Source: the human T2T-CHM13v2.0 reference genome, Homo sapiens. From it: a DNA stretch of 64,000 nt. Under the pieces are notes generated by a model. The model worked only from the letters and a program-made list of their open reading frames with translations. It did no database searches and was not told where the DNA came from. The position numbers and the translations under genes were made by a program. The DNA lies in NCBI RefSeq assembly GCF_009914755.1, contig NC_060930.1; one strand, written 5' to 3'. This document shows positions 13,677 through 29,551 of the stretch, one piece after another (within the stretch, counting starts at the first letter, position 1; the number at the start of each line of letters is the position of its first letter).

Positions 13677-15349
13677 TGTTACTGGCTTCTTTCACTTAAT
13701 GTTTAATTCTCGATGCATGGTGTTTTCAAGGTTCATCCATGTTGTAGCATGTATCAGTAATCATTCCTTTTTGTGGCTGAATGATCCATCGTACGAATAG
13801 ATCGTATTTTGTTATAGTGATGGACTTTTGGGTTGTTTCCACTTTTAGAATACTGTGACTTCATGCTGCTGTGAACACTCATGTACAAGTTTTTGTGTGG
13901 ACACATGTTTTCATTTCTCTTGGGTATTTACCCAGAAGTAGAGTTCCTGGGTAACTAACTTTCTGAGGAACTGCCAGATAGTTTTCTTCTGCCGCATATG
14001 AGGGTTCCAATTCTTCCGCTTCCTCATCAACGCTTGTTACGATGTGTCTTTTTTATTACAGGCATGTTGGTGGGTGTGAGATGGGATCCACGGCATAGCA
14101 AGGGCTCTCTCTAGAGTAATCTTTTCACCAGTCCTCTTTTCCACTATCCACCCTCTTTATATTTCTTTGGCTTGGCTGAGGGTGCTCTGAGTTATGCACC
14201 TCGTTCTTGAACATTTCCCTGGTAAATTCTGTGTATAAGATCTGACTTTGAAATTTCACCTCTATTGTATGTCGATGACTTTGAAACCTCCATTTTAATA
14301 TCTTGGTAGGTGCACAGTGCCAACATATGACAGGCACTTTATAATAATCTCTTTTCTTCCCTCAGTTTTCCACCAGCCACTGAAAAGCACCGTTAGCCAG
14401 ACAGAGGACAGCTCCCCAGGGCCCACACTCTCACCTGCCTTGCTTCCGTTCAGGAGAAGGGACATCTGGAAAGGCTGTGTCAAGGCCTTGCCACAGGCAG
14501 GATGGGTGTCTCTGGCCTATCTAATAACAGATGTGCTTGTGGTGACAGAATAAAATAGAATAGCAGTCAGGACTTTGTTCAGGCTCTGCCACTAACTCAC
14601 CATGGGACCTGAAAAAGCGACTTTCCCCCTCTGTGCTTCTGTTGTCATATTTACAAAACATTCTGGGAGGGTTGGATCTGATGAGTAATACAATTTTAGC
14701 TCTAGAATAGGATCTATTGTACTTAGAGTTCAAAAGAAATGAAGATAAACTTGCCCCTTGCTTCTGGGGAGTGGCTGGGCTTATAACAAAGGCTGGACAC
14801 AAATTTGGTGCAGGAGTGAGGTTTTGGGGACAGGGCTGCAGATACAAGGACAGAGAAGGGGTAGGGATGGAATGACCAGAGCACAGCTTCCAGGGCTCCT
14901 GGGGCTTAGCCCTGTCCCTGTGGGGGCCATCGTGTCACTCAGGGCCTCAGAGGGTGAGAATGGGAAGGAATATTCCACACATGGGTGGGATGTAGGAGAA
15001 GGAAGGTGGCCTAGACTTGGGCCTGTTGGGGATAGTGACCACACTCCTTCTTCTTTGTCTGTTTTCTGGGTCTCAGCTCTGCAAAGGAGGAGCATGTGTG
15101 GGGATCAGAAAAGCAGGGAGCAGGGCTGGGCCAGGCTGGGGCTGGGCCAGGCTGAGGCTGGAGAAGGGGCTGAACAAGGGCTGTGTTCCTTCCCTGACAA
15201 CTTCCAGCCCCACCTGGGCTCCACCAGGCACATGAAGGCTGCCCGCCCCACTGAGGAGCCGCTTTCCCAACCTGGAAGTGATTTTCAATGTTTCCTCACT
15301 GGGCAGTGCCATTCAGCTACTGGTAGGTAAGGTGCAGGAACCATGGGGC

Positions 15350-15535
15350 GTTCGTGTGTGGGTGCCTGTATGTGTGTGCATGTGTATTCGTGTGTGTGCG
15401 TGTGTGTACATTCATGTGTGTGCCTGTGCGTGTGTGTACATGTGCGCATGTGTGTTCGTGTGTGTGCACATTTATGGACATGTATGTGTGTGTGCATGTG
15501 TGTGCATGTTCAAGTGTGTGTGTGTGTGTGTGTGT
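15350..15535. repeat. (TG)n-rich simple repeat
   Basis: Imperfect tract ending in pure (TG)n. Confidence 0.95.
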
Positions 15536-16406
15536 TTTGCTTCCACCCTTCCTCCCAGTCTTATTCATCCTAAGCCTCATCCTATTGCCCTCTGGGAGAT
15601 GTCCTGATGGCCTCAGAATGCCCCTCCTTTATGTCCTCAGCACTCCCTGAAGCTTAAATGACACATTTCTGACTCATCACACTCAAAGCTATGTGGTGTC
15701 TGCTCAGCTGCTCAGGAGGGATCTTGAGGCCCAAACTGTATCCAGATAGGTGAGAGGGGTCACAAACGGCCCGCAGGCTGGAGACTGAGATGAAACTAAC
15801 GTTTCTCGTATCACTGCTGTGTGCTGGCTGTTGCGCAGGTTGCTTCTCATCTTTCGTCTCATTTAATCCCTGTGGCAATTTCATAGAAAGATATAATTCA
15901 TACCATTTCTCCAGGAGGAGAAATTGGGCTCAGAGAGAGCTGAGGATTTTTCCCGAGGTCTTGCAGCAGGGCAGGGGCTGAGCTCAGATGTGTCTCTAAA
16001 GCTTGGGTGTTTCTCCTATGCCTCACTGGTCCAAAAGTCTATCCCAGATGAGCACAGAAGCCCATATCTCCAGTTGGGTTCTTCCAGAAGCTGACCCTGC
16101 CATATATATCATTTATATTCACATATGATATATTACTGGAATGCCCCCTTGAGAATCTGGCAAGACAGCGGGTAAAGCAGGATAGGAAAGAGGAAGAAGC
16201 CAAGCAAGGGGAGATTGCAGGTGAGGTCCCAACCTCAGCCTGACTCCACAGGGATGGCTGGAAGGTAAATCACACCTCGGGATTGGTCCTGCTTCAAGCT
16301 ACCGTTGCTGATCTTTTTACTCTCCTACTGGTTCCTGCCTACAGGTTGCCTGGAAGTGATTGGAGGGGAAGGAATGCCAATTCTCAGACATTTCCAGCTC
16401 TCCTTA

Positions 16407-16895
<489 letters not shown>

Positions 16896-17012
16896 TTAAG
16901 GAGCACTGGACTGCGTGTCTGGAGGTGTTTGGTCTGCTCCTGGATCCTGCTGCTAACTTTTTCTGTTAGCTCAAGGACACTGCCTCCACTGTGTGAAACG
17001 AGGGGCTGGACT

Positions 17013-17580
17013 ACATTCATTCATTCATTCCATGAATATGCCCTGCGCACTTACTGTGCATCAGGAAACAAGAGACAAATATCTCTGCCTCATGGAGCTC
17101 ACATTTTAGCAGAGAAAAGCTGATAGGACAAAGGAAATAATCAAATTCTATAGTATATTAAAGGGCATGCGTGCTATCGACAATACAGCAGGGATGGAGG
17201 GTGGGAAGTGCTGGTGGGGGGAGCGTGACAGCTTTAAATAGTGCCATAGGGGTGACAGTGGAGCACAGACCTGAAGGAGGTGAGGGAGTCAGCTCTGCAG
17301 ACGCCTGGGGGAAGAGCGCTCCAGGCAGAGGCAGCAGCCGGAGCAAAGGCCCTGGGGTAGGAGAGTGCCCGGGATTCGAGGAGCCATCAGGGAGGCAGGG
17401 GCAGCGGGAGTGGAGTGAACCGGGGGAGAGTGGCAGGACGGAAAGTCAGGGAGATCACGAGGGGCCAGATTGTAGGCAGCTGGTAGTCCATGGTGAGGGC
17501 TTGCACCTTTACTCCGAGTGAAATGAGCAGCCCTGCCGAGCAGAGGAGGGACATGACATGACCTCGCTTATGTTTTTAAA
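17013..17580 (-). mobile_element. L2a 3' region
   Basis: (CATT)n tail followed by L2 3' text. Confidence 0.7.
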
Positions 17581-17588
17581 AAATCTCT

Positions 17589-17985
<397 letters not shown>

Positions 17986-19166
17986 CTAGTAGCAGGCCTG
18001 AGGAGGCCTCCCCTCCTGGGCCCCAGATTACTCCACTGTCCCTGTCACCACAGGAGAAGCACCTCCGGCCGCATCCTACCTCCCTGGGGTGAGGTAAGAG
18101 TGACCCTGCCTCATCCTAATACTCAGTCCTCACCAGCACACCCAAAATAGACTGTGCATGTTTACCCTCAGCCCGAACTCAAGACAGACACAGTGGTAGC
18201 ACAGTGCAAACACAGGCAGGAAGACAAGACCCTGGCTCCAGCCTGCCCCTCTCCAGACCCCCCATCCCTGACCTCTGCCACCTTCCCTAGGCCCCGTGGA
18301 TCTCCCCTGTCTTCCCCACCTTCCTACCCCATCCTCCTCAGTTGTCCTAGCACTGATTATTGTACTTTCCATCAAGAGCTGGAAGGGTCTTGGAGAGGGT
18401 CTGCTCCACCCTTCCTACTCTGCATCTGGGGAAAGTGAGGCCCAGGGAAAGGAAGCAGCTTGCACAAAGCCATGGGGGTTAATTAGTCAAAACAAACCTC
18501 ACCTAGGGAGGCCCACAGTTTCCCATCCAGTGCTTTCTTACTGCATTTCAGCCTCCATCATATACCTCCTTTATCCTTTAAACACGCTGTTTGTAGGAGC
18601 ACTGGGCTAGGAGTCCAAGCTAGGGTGCAGTACTGCCTCTGTCATAACTGCATGTGACGTCATCCTTAGGGCCTCAGTTTTCTCAGCTCTAAAATGGGCA
18701 TTAAAGATTTCCTTCCAGTTGGAAAAAAAAAAAAGTTAATATGTGAGAAAATGTAGTTGGGAAACCAGCCCTGGGCCCAAATCTCAGCTGACTGCCAGTG
18801 AATAACATGAAAACGAAAACATCCTTAAACAACACACATGTTAAATTAATTAAAAGAGATGAAAATAGTACGAGGCAATGTTGGCCCAGCTGGGAGGAAA
18901 CGGGAACATTGGCTCCTAAATTCTCCACAGCTCTATTGTTTGGGCTATAGCAAAATGTAACAGCAGCAGCTACTGCCGGAGAGAACAACTCATGCCCTTC
19001 GGCTTGGCAGGTTATCACACATTTGGAAATAAATCTCAAAGAAATAACACAAATGGAGAAAAGCAATTTGCACTAATATGATTATCTGGAATGTGAAAAA
19101 AACTAGAAAGGTCCAAACTGGTCATTAAGCCATGGAATTTATACGTGAAGGAATAACAGCTCACAC

Positions 19167-19650
19167 TGTGGCAGCAGCTGCCGGTTGCCTCCCTGGATCC
19201 ATCTCTCTTCCACCCTTAGAAAAAACTTTAGCAGGGTACATGGCTGCCCAGAAGAGATATTCCATTTCCCAATATCCCTTGCAACTAGGTGTGGCCTTGT
19301 GACCAAGTTCTGGCCAAAGGGATATAAACAGAACAGTCATCTGTGACACATGTCATTACAGAGAGGAGCATGCCCCTCCTGGAGCTTTCTTCCTTCCCGC
19401 TGGCCGGAATGCAGTTGTGATCATTTGAGTTTCAGCAGCCACCTTGGGCCATTTGGAGGAAGGCATCTGCTGTGCATGGCAGAGTCACGTGAAAGAAGGA
19501 AGCTGATTCATTATCACCAGGTCACCGTGTCAGCCCTGGACTGCCTACTTCTGAACTTTTTACTTGAGGGATTAAAGTAACCCTGGGTGTTTAATCATTG
19601 TTAATTTGGATTTTCTGCCATTAATAACCAAATCAAGTTCTAACTGATAG
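19167..19650 (+). mobile_element. MaLR solo LTR (MLT1J-like)
   Basis: tgtggcag start, ttctggccaa motif, ttctaactgata end. Confidence 0.65.
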
Positions 19651-19831
19651 AAACACGCAGGGGAAAAACGTTGAATGGAAAAGTAGGCACAAAAGTGGAT
19701 GTTCTTCATGGATCCCAGCTATTTAAGTTATAGATTGGTACAGAGATGGTGATTGAATGGTGAGTCATCAATAATAGTGTGATGGTGTTGATTGGATTTT
19801 TCCCTCTGTAAACAAGTTTAGTTGCTGAATC

Positions 19832-20205
19832 GGTCAGGAGAGGCTAGGTTATGCTGAGGTGACAAGCAACTCCTAAATTTCAGGGCCGTAAGACAACTCA
19901 ATTTAATTCTTACTCTCCATGTTCGTCGTGGGTCAGCAGGAGGCTGTGCTCATGGCAGTCACTCAGAGCACTGGCTGACAGAGACGCTGTGACAGAGGGA
20001 AAGAGAGAACGCTGGAAGGTCTCGCTCTCACCAGGAATTAAATGCCACGGCCTGAAAGTGACACTTTCATGGTGCTCACAACTCATTGGCCAGGACCAGT
20101 CCTAGAACCTGGCCCACCCACATGGAGGCAACGAGTGCAACTCTGCCACCTGCCCAGAAGGCGGCGAGCTGGAGAGACTTGGCAGATTGCACCAGTGATG
20201 ATCAC
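19832..20205 (-). mobile_element. MaLR LTR (MLT1K-like)
   Basis: gtcaggagaggctaggttatgctgaggtgacaa. Confidence 0.6.
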
Positions 20206-20252
20206 AGATACATCATGAAGAAAACGTAAGAGCACAAACATTTGTGAAATAA

Positions 20253-20676
<424 letters not shown>

Positions 20677-21173
20677 AGCCTTTGTATTCCTGATGCAAGT
20701 CTGAATTCCTTGAGCACAAGAAATGCCCTGCCTTCTTCGGTAGTTGCCACAGGCCTATCCCAGGGCTGGGCCCATGGGAAGCGTTAGAGAAGGAACTGCA
20801 ATCAGAATGATGGTAGGTGACATGCTCGCCATGTGCTGGGCACTGCACATTCCATCCGGAGCCCTTATGGACGTGCCAGACATGCTTCTCTGCACCTTAG
20901 ATGGATTAACTCATCGAATCCTTACAAAAAACCTTTGAGGGTAGTACTGTTATTATCCCCATTTTACACAGAAAGAAACTGAGGCACAGATGGGTTAAGT
21001 GACTTGCCAAGGATCACCACTAGGAAGAGGCAGAGCCAGGAATGAATGCAGGTGGCTCCAGAGCCCGTGCAATCCTGTGACTTTGCCCAAGCTCTAGAAG
21101 GCAGGAACAGCAGTGAGAAAAGACAGAGTTCTGTCCTCACGGGGCTGCAGCAGTCTACCCTGTGTGGAGCCCC

Positions 21174-21943
21174 TGTGATAGGTGGAATACGGCCACCATC
21201 AAGAAGTCCACGTCCTAATCCCTGCAGCCTGTGTATGCTATCTTATTCCTTATTCCTTATAGAAAAGGAACTTTGTAGGTATGATTAAATTAAGGATCTT
21301 GAGAAGGAGAGATTATCCTGGGTTACTGGGGTGGGCCCAGTGTCATCACAAGGGTCCCCATAAATGGAAGAGGCAGGAGAGTCAGAGATATGGTGGTAGA
21401 CACAGAGACTGGAGTGATGTCGCCGCCAAATCAAAAAATGCTGGCAGCGTCTAGAAACTGGAAGAGGCCAACAATGAAGCCCCTCCCCCGCCCTGGGCCG
21501 GAGCCTCTGAAAGGAATGCAGTCCTGCCAACACCTTGATTTTAGCCCCAGAAGATTTATTTATTTATTTATTTATGAGCTAGGATATCACTCTGTTTCCC
21601 AGGCCAGAGTGCTGTGGCATGATCTCAGCTTACAGCAACCTCTGCCTCCTAAGTAGCTGGGACCACAGGCATGCACTACCACACCCGGCTAATTTTTTGT
21701 ATTTTATGTAGAGATGGGTTTTCACCATGTTGCCCAGGCTGGTCTCAAACTCCTGGGTTCAAGCAATCCATCCACCTCAGCTTCCCAAAGTGCTGGAATT
21801 ACAGGTGTGAGCCACTCCTCTCAGCCCTTATAAGATTCATTTTGGACTCTTGACTCCTAGAACTATAAGAAAATAAATGTGTGTTGCTTTAAGCCACAAG
21901 GGTTGTAGTAATTTGTGAAAGCTGCAACAAGGAAACTAATACA
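21174..21943 (+). mobile_element. MLT1D-like solo LTR interrupted by Alu
   Basis: tgtgatagg...gtccacgtcctaatccc...ggaaactaataca. Confidence 0.85.
21554..21826 (-). mobile_element. AluJ inserted in MLT1D
   Basis: Antisense Alu with internal deletion; TSD about aagattYatt. Confidence 0.88.
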
Positions 21944-22969
21944 CGCCACCCCTCCATTTTGCTCTTCAGAGACCCACTGGGTAGACAGAAACTCTTGTAC
22001 ACCCTTCGCCCCAGCCCCTTGCGTCTCCTTGAGATGGAGGCTGAGAAAGAGCTGGGAAGGAGCTGGGAAGGGTCGTTCTATCCTGGTTACCTTGGGAAAT
22101 GGTGAGCATTGCTTACCCTGTTCCTGGGGTCCCGGGCAAATCCTGGCTCTGCCTGTAGAACAGGACTCCCCTCCCACAGCCTTCTCCACCACCCTTTCCC
22201 AGAGCTGGGATAGCCTTTCTCCTGGGCATGAATGAGGGGTCTTTAAGGCCTTAATGCCTCTCACTCCTGCACCCAGACTGGGCCCCACCACTCTCCTGCA
22301 CTAGTACATTACCCACACCCATGAGCCAGGCCGGCTTCATCTCTGCTGAACCATCAGGGGAGGTGGAGGGCATGCCAGCCAAGGGAACAGAGTCTCGGAG
22401 AGACCAGCCCAGAGAGAAGCGGGCAGAGACAGGCAGAAGGGGAATTGGCATGAGCAGAACACAGAGACTCAGAGGTGGGGAAGGGGAAGCAGAAAGAGGA
22501 AACAGAGCCAGAGACATACGGTGAGCATGCCGGTGGCTTTCTCCCTGAACTGCTCCAGTGGTGTGTAGCCGCTCGGGTGCAGTCGATAGCTGGGTTTACC
22601 AGGGTAGCTAATTCCTGGTCCTGTCAGCTGTGGCAATGACCAAGGGCTTCACTTCATAACACAAAACCCACACTCCTTTCCATGACTGCAAGGCCCGACT
22701 GACTTTGGCCCCTGGATCCACTTGGACTTTGTTTCCCACAATGCTTCAGGCACTGTGGCCTCCCCGAATACCCCAGGGACATCCTCTCCTTGCACACAAG
22801 TCTCTGCACAGGTCACCTTTTTACAAGACCCTTCCTTGACCACCCTTTCTAGAACAGCAGCCGGCTACATCCCTCTAACTCAGTTTTTCTCCATAGCATT
22901 TATCACAACCTGACACTAGACCAATGGGTATTGGTTGAATGTCTGTCTCTCCAACATCAACACTGTACC

Positions 22970-23470
<501 letters not shown>

Positions 23471-25914
23471 CCATCATCCTAACTTTGTGCCAAGAATCAA
23501 ACTCATAATCAACTCATATAAAGCAGGTGGACACACAGCAGAAGGAATCCCAGCAGCTCCACACTGAACAGGTGTAATTATGCTGCCCCAGCACCCCTCC
23601 TGGCCTCCAGGTGCCCCTTGAACTCCCCTCCTGCCTCTCTCCCTGGCCTCTCCCCTGGGGCTCACTGCTGCGTCTTCCTCCCTTGGTGGGGTCGGCGCCT
23701 CCTCCTGCCGACCCTGTGCTCACCCTCTCCAACTGCATTAGCTGGGTTGTCGTTGCTAATCTGTGTGCCTCCCCACGAGCTGGGGGCGGCCAGGGAGCTT
23801 GGATGGACCTTTCACCTCTGCCACCATGACAGCACAAAGGGCCTTGGAAAATGCTGGCTCCCAGTGGGCTTTCCCCCTTCTCCCTTCTCTGTGCTCCTGG
23901 TGTCCAGTTTCACACTCTCCATCGCCACACCCAGGGCAGAGGGCCCCAGCCTCCCCGAGCTGCTGGAGCCACGTACCCAGCAGCCGGGGTGGGGATGGGA
24001 CAGGATGGGCCCTGTGGTTGCTGAGGGAGCAGGCCAGAGAAAGGCGCCCTTTCTGACACTCGGCGTTGCCTCTCTTGGTTTCATCTTCTCATACAGCCAT
24101 AGCAACATGGCAGGTCAACAGGGTACCTTTAAAATTATGGGAAAGGCTCATGCTTTTTTGGTGAATGAGTTCAGGGAAGCCTATGCTGTCCCGTGGCACA
24201 TTCCCCTGCCTCCCCTGCCCGCCTCCTGCCATGTAGGGCAGGCCCCTTGGAGAGCCCCTGCCACCTTCCCTCCCCACCTTCCTCTCTGGGATCCTGGCCC
24301 AGGCCAGGCAGCAGGGCTCCAGGTGGGCAGGGGGGCAGGGAGAGAGCAGGGCCCAGGGCCATGTGAATGTAGGAGAGGAGGCCCCAGGTGTGTGTGTGTG
24401 TCCCCAGCCCTGCCCCCAGCCCTGCCTCCTCTGCCAGGATTCTGAGCCGTCTCGCTGTTGTCATCTTGTCCGATCTCTCAGACCGTGCAGAAAGCCACAC
24501 TGTCACTGTTCCCCTTGCCTTCAGCCTCCCCAGACCCCCTGGGATGTGGGCTCCTCCCACCGCCTCTCTAGACCCCCATTCACCCACATGATGCCAGGGG
24601 GAGAGCAAGCTCTTCAGACAAGGAAAGGGCTGGAAGAGGTGCTTAAAGTGGTGAGGGGATCAAGGTGTCACAGTGGCTCAGAGGAAGGGAGAGAAGCTCG
24701 GATGCACACTCATGTACATCCAGGACCTAGAAGCTATCCCTCCCTGCTGCTCTGCACACAAGCTGTAGGAATCAGGAATTGCATTTTTCCAGGGAGGATG
24801 TCATCCACAAGCCTGGACACTGAGAGTTGGGGTATGTGAAGCCCAGCGCTGAGCTTGTTAAATACTCCTGATTCAAGATCCCCACTGCCCTGGAGCCTGG
24901 GGTCTCAGAGGATACAATCCCCTTTGGGTCCAGGCCTGGGAAACCCACTGTACCTCCCATCCCCAGGCTCCTAGAGTCCCATCCTCGCACTGGCAAACAG
25001 GAGGGGAATCACCCAGGCTGCACTCCTACTCTCTGGAGGGGGAGTGTCCTTACTTTGGCCTGAGTCTCCTCCTTTGGCATAAGAGTGCTTCTCATCGGGA
25101 GGACCTGTGGAGTCTCCCTGCGACATGTGGTCATTCACCCACCCACTGCAGTCCAGGACAGTGGTATGGACTTACCCAGGCTTCCTAAGAGCCAGTTCAA
25201 TTCGTTGTGGTGCCTCAGTGCTCACTATGCCAGAGCTGGACAGCACCGTCGAGAAGCCCCGCATTCCACAGAGGAGACAACTTGGCCCAGAGGGGAGAGG
25301 GATTTATCCAAGATCATGCAGTAAGTTAGGGCCAAAGTCCAGATGCAACCTCAGGTCCCCTGATGACCAGACTGATGCTGGGGGGCTGCGTGAACATGCA
25401 TCAGAGCCTGAGCATGTGCACCTGCTCTGGCATGGTGATCACGTTCCCCTCTGTCCACTGGGTAGGAAACTTGCTCTTGCTCCTCCCCTTCAGGAGCTGC
25501 TGGTCGGACTGAAGGGGTGGCCATCGCAGTGGGGTCGGGGGCCATTTCCTCAGAAGCTCCCAAGGACCCAAAGGCGCCTTGGGGGAAGTGGGTATCTGCC
25601 CATCTGCTGGATGCCCTGTATCCAAGCTCCCTCCCTCTTAGCAGAATTTCCCACGGTGTGAATCTGGATGGCAGAGACCCAACTCATTCTGAAAGCCAAA
25701 GGGGTGCAGAGGCAGAGGTTACAGTGAGCCGAGACTGTGGCAGGGTCTCCCTTCCCTGACCTGGCAACTCGTCTGTGGGCACACAAACTACTGTGGCCAG
25801 TAGGGCGTTTTTGTCCAGGATTTTATTTTTTAAATTAACATAGAGCAAAATTGATGTAATTATTTTGGTGTATAGTTTTGTGGTTTTCTATTTTTATATT
25901 TAAAAATTGTTTAC

Positions 25915-26035
25915 ATAATAGAGACAGAGTCTCACTATGTTGCTCAGGCTGGTTTCAAACTCCTGGGCTCAAGCAATCCTCTTGCCTCAACCTCCCGAAG
26001 GGCTGAGATTACTGGTGTGAGCCACTGGGCATGGC
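25915..26035 (-). mobile_element. FLAM-like Alu monomer within an L1M fragment
   Basis: Left-arm monomer, antisense. Confidence 0.8.
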
Positions 26036-26064
26036 TGTTTTATGAATTTCTAGCACAAGCATAG

Positions 26065-26700
<636 letters not shown>

Positions 26701-27204
26701 TGATGTGTCCTCCCGGTAAATTCCTTTCTGACTTGAGTGGGCCAGAGGTGCTTTTTTGTTTTGTTTTGTTGTTTTTATAGTCGAAGCCACAGTCCCTCAT
26801 GAAATCAGGTGGGACTGGGGGCTAGGAATGGGACTTCCCCAGAGATGGACAGGGCCAGAGATAAACAGGCATCCTTGGGGATTTCCTGGGAAGGAGAGAT
26901 CCTGCCCCTGGGCCCTTCCCTGGCCAGTCACTCCCGGGATGGTGCTGACCGAAGACAGAGCTTGCCCCAGCCGCAGCCCCGCTTCCCTCTTGCCTGGGTC
27001 TTAGTGATCCCACTTATAGGCCTGAGCAGCAGAGACAAAACCAGCTGCCTTCCCCTCTGCGAAGCGGAGCCCCTGCTGGGAAAATCTGGGGGAGGGGGAT
27101 TATTTTCAACTTGGGGCCCCCTGCAGGCTGGAGCCAGGGAGGTATCGGGGTGGTGGGGGCAGGGGCGGCTGCCCAGCTCCTCCTTCCCTGAGGTTGGTGG
27201 GAAG

Positions 27205-27218
27205 GTTTCCATGGAAAC
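27205..27218. promoter_or_regulatory. Perfect palindromic RFX X-box GTTTCCATGGAAAC
   Basis: Exact match to GTTNCCATGGNAAC in unique sequence. Confidence 0.55.
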
Positions 27219-28014
27219 AGCAGCTCCAGCATCTCCAGAGATTTGGGGGAAAACTGGCTTTAAAAAATCACCATCTTCGTTTCTTGGGGGAGCGACAGCA
27301 TAGCTCTGCGAAGAGGGCAGAGAATAGCATCAGGGAGAGAGGGTCCTGTTCAGAAATGCTGGGCCACCAGGGACCCCATCCCTCCCTAAGCCCCCTGGAG
27401 GTCTCTCTTTCTGCATCTCCTTCTGTCCTAGAGAGAGAGGTGCCTTCTTGACTACAATACCTCCCCACATGTATCACCAAGTAACCCCCTGCCCGCCCCA
27501 CATTATCTACCTACTCATCTTCCCTATCTCCCCATGGTAGGGGCAGAAGCCCTTTCCCTCCTCCCACTCCTCTTCTCAGTCGCCTCCACCCCTGCAGGCC
27601 CCAGCTTCACTCCACCCATCCCCCAGCCCTCAGCTCACTGCCCCCCATTACAGCTTTGGGAGAGAAGGAGACACAGGCGTGGGGACTCTTGCTGGGGAGT
27701 TAATCAAAGTGTCTGCAACTACTCATGTTCCTGTGCCCTCCCTGGGGAGTTGAGAAGGGGTGGGGGCTGTTCTGCATGTGACCGATGGAGGGGCAGCATC
27801 AAACATGCCAGCCTCAAGGCGTGCACAGACACGAAATCAACTGGAACACTTGCTTTTAAAATGATTTTTCCAGCAGTTTTCCTTCCTGGCCAGGGCCTCC
27901 CATCTGTGCCAAGAGTCTTCCTAAATTCCTGGTCCTGCAGTGGCCCTTGCTGGCCTGTTCCAGGAAAAAGAACTCACCTCTGTCCTTTCCACATCCAGGC
28001 TTTGTCCCACACAA

Positions 28015-28610
28015 ATAGTCATTCATTCATTCATTCACTCATTCAATAACAATGACCTCTGCACTTATTTTGTGCCAGGCACAGTTCTAAGCACTGCAGA
28101 CACAGGTGGAATGCAGGGGCTGGGTGCTGGAGGGTGAGACGGACGAAAATCCCAGCCCCTTGTGGAGCTTATGCTCTGTAAGAGAAAAAGAGACAGAGAA
28201 TAAACAAATATGTAAAATACATCATATATGAAATGTGATGAAGTGTTCTGGAGAAAAATAAAACAGGAAGAGAGAGAGATGGTTTGTTTTGGGGTCCCCA
28301 CCAGAATTTTGAAAGAAATGCTCAGCGTGGGTCTCCCTGAAACCTGGTGCTTGAGAATGACCTGCAGGAAGTGATAGAGCCACTCAGCTCTCCCAGGAAA
28401 GAGCACTTCAAGCAGAAGGAACAGCACATTCAAAGGCCCTGGGGCAGGTGTGTATCCAGCAGGTACAGCGAGTAGCAAAGAGATCTGTGTGATTGGAGTG
28501 GAATAAGCAATATTGGGACCCATCAGAGATGACGTGAGAGGTAAAAGGCCAGGGGTGAGGGCTGGGGCTGGGACAGATGCTCTGGGCCTTGCAGGTCTTC
28601 GTAAGGGCTT
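28015..28610 (-). mobile_element. L2 3' region
   Basis: (CATT)n then tgtgccaggcacagttctaagcactg. Confidence 0.7.
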
Positions 28611-28939
28611 TCTGCTAGAGTATCAAAGACCCTCTACCATGCCACCGTATTTTTGGCCTGCTGTGGGCCTCTGAAGCTCAGGTGGGAAGGACCATAAGGA
28701 CATCTTCAGCCCTCCTACAGTCTGATCACCCCAGCTAAGGAAGCAGGGGCCTGCACCTGTGTACCTATGACCTTAATTCTGCAGATCCCCTCCTCACGTG
28801 GAGGTGGGCTCCGCAAGCTCCATGTGGGTGTGTCTGTCCAACACAATTCAGAGAGGCCCAAAGGGTATCCTAAGACCACACAGTCAGGTCTCCCTCCTGG
28901 GACTTCTGCCCTTTCCTTCTCTTCCCACCCCCCACAGGC

Positions 28940-29310
28940 ACCTGCGGCGTTGTGATGCTGGGCGATGCAGCAGCGTCTGTATAATTACGGTGATGATTTC
29001 ACAACATGCGGTTTTCCCTTCTCTTATCGCCTCCCAGTGCGAAATAAACCGTTCAATAATTAATTGACAAAGATGAACTTGTTGTCCTCAGCCAGGCTGG
29101 GAGGGTGGGGGTTGGACACCGCCTCCGCAGACAAATGATGTGAGAAGTAATTGCCCTAGGAGAGGAGGCGAGAGGTATTAAGATCAGATTTGCAAGGTCC
29201 CTTCCAAGAGCCCGTGGGTACCAGGCGACGGCAACTGCTGGGATTTACATTGCTAATTCATCACTAATTAATGTTCCAAATTGGGCCTGACAGGAGGAGA
29301 AATCAACGTG
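28940..29310. promoter_or_regulatory. Putative conserved non-coding enhancer
   Basis: Repeat-free, retained CpGs, multiple TAAT/TAATTA sites. Confidence 0.45.
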
Positions 29311-29551
29311 GAGGCATCTGCAGAGGTAGAGAGACAAAGACTGGGAACGGAGAAGGACAAACAGGGGAAAGGACACATAGTGCAAACCTTAAGAGGCAGA
29401 GAGAGATGCTGGGGCAAGAGCACAGGAGCAGGGTCTGAACAGACACCCCAGGTCTATGATCCCAACCGAGTGTGTGGCCGATGGGTCTCTTCCCCTCACT
29501 GGGCTTCAGTTTTGTCATCTAGAAAATGGGGATGGGAAAGGATTTCTAGGG

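Noticed and set aside
23618-24445. Longest ORF (275 aa)
   Set aside because: Non-ATG start, Pro/Gly/Leu-rich composition typical of chance GC-rich frames, no recognisable homology.
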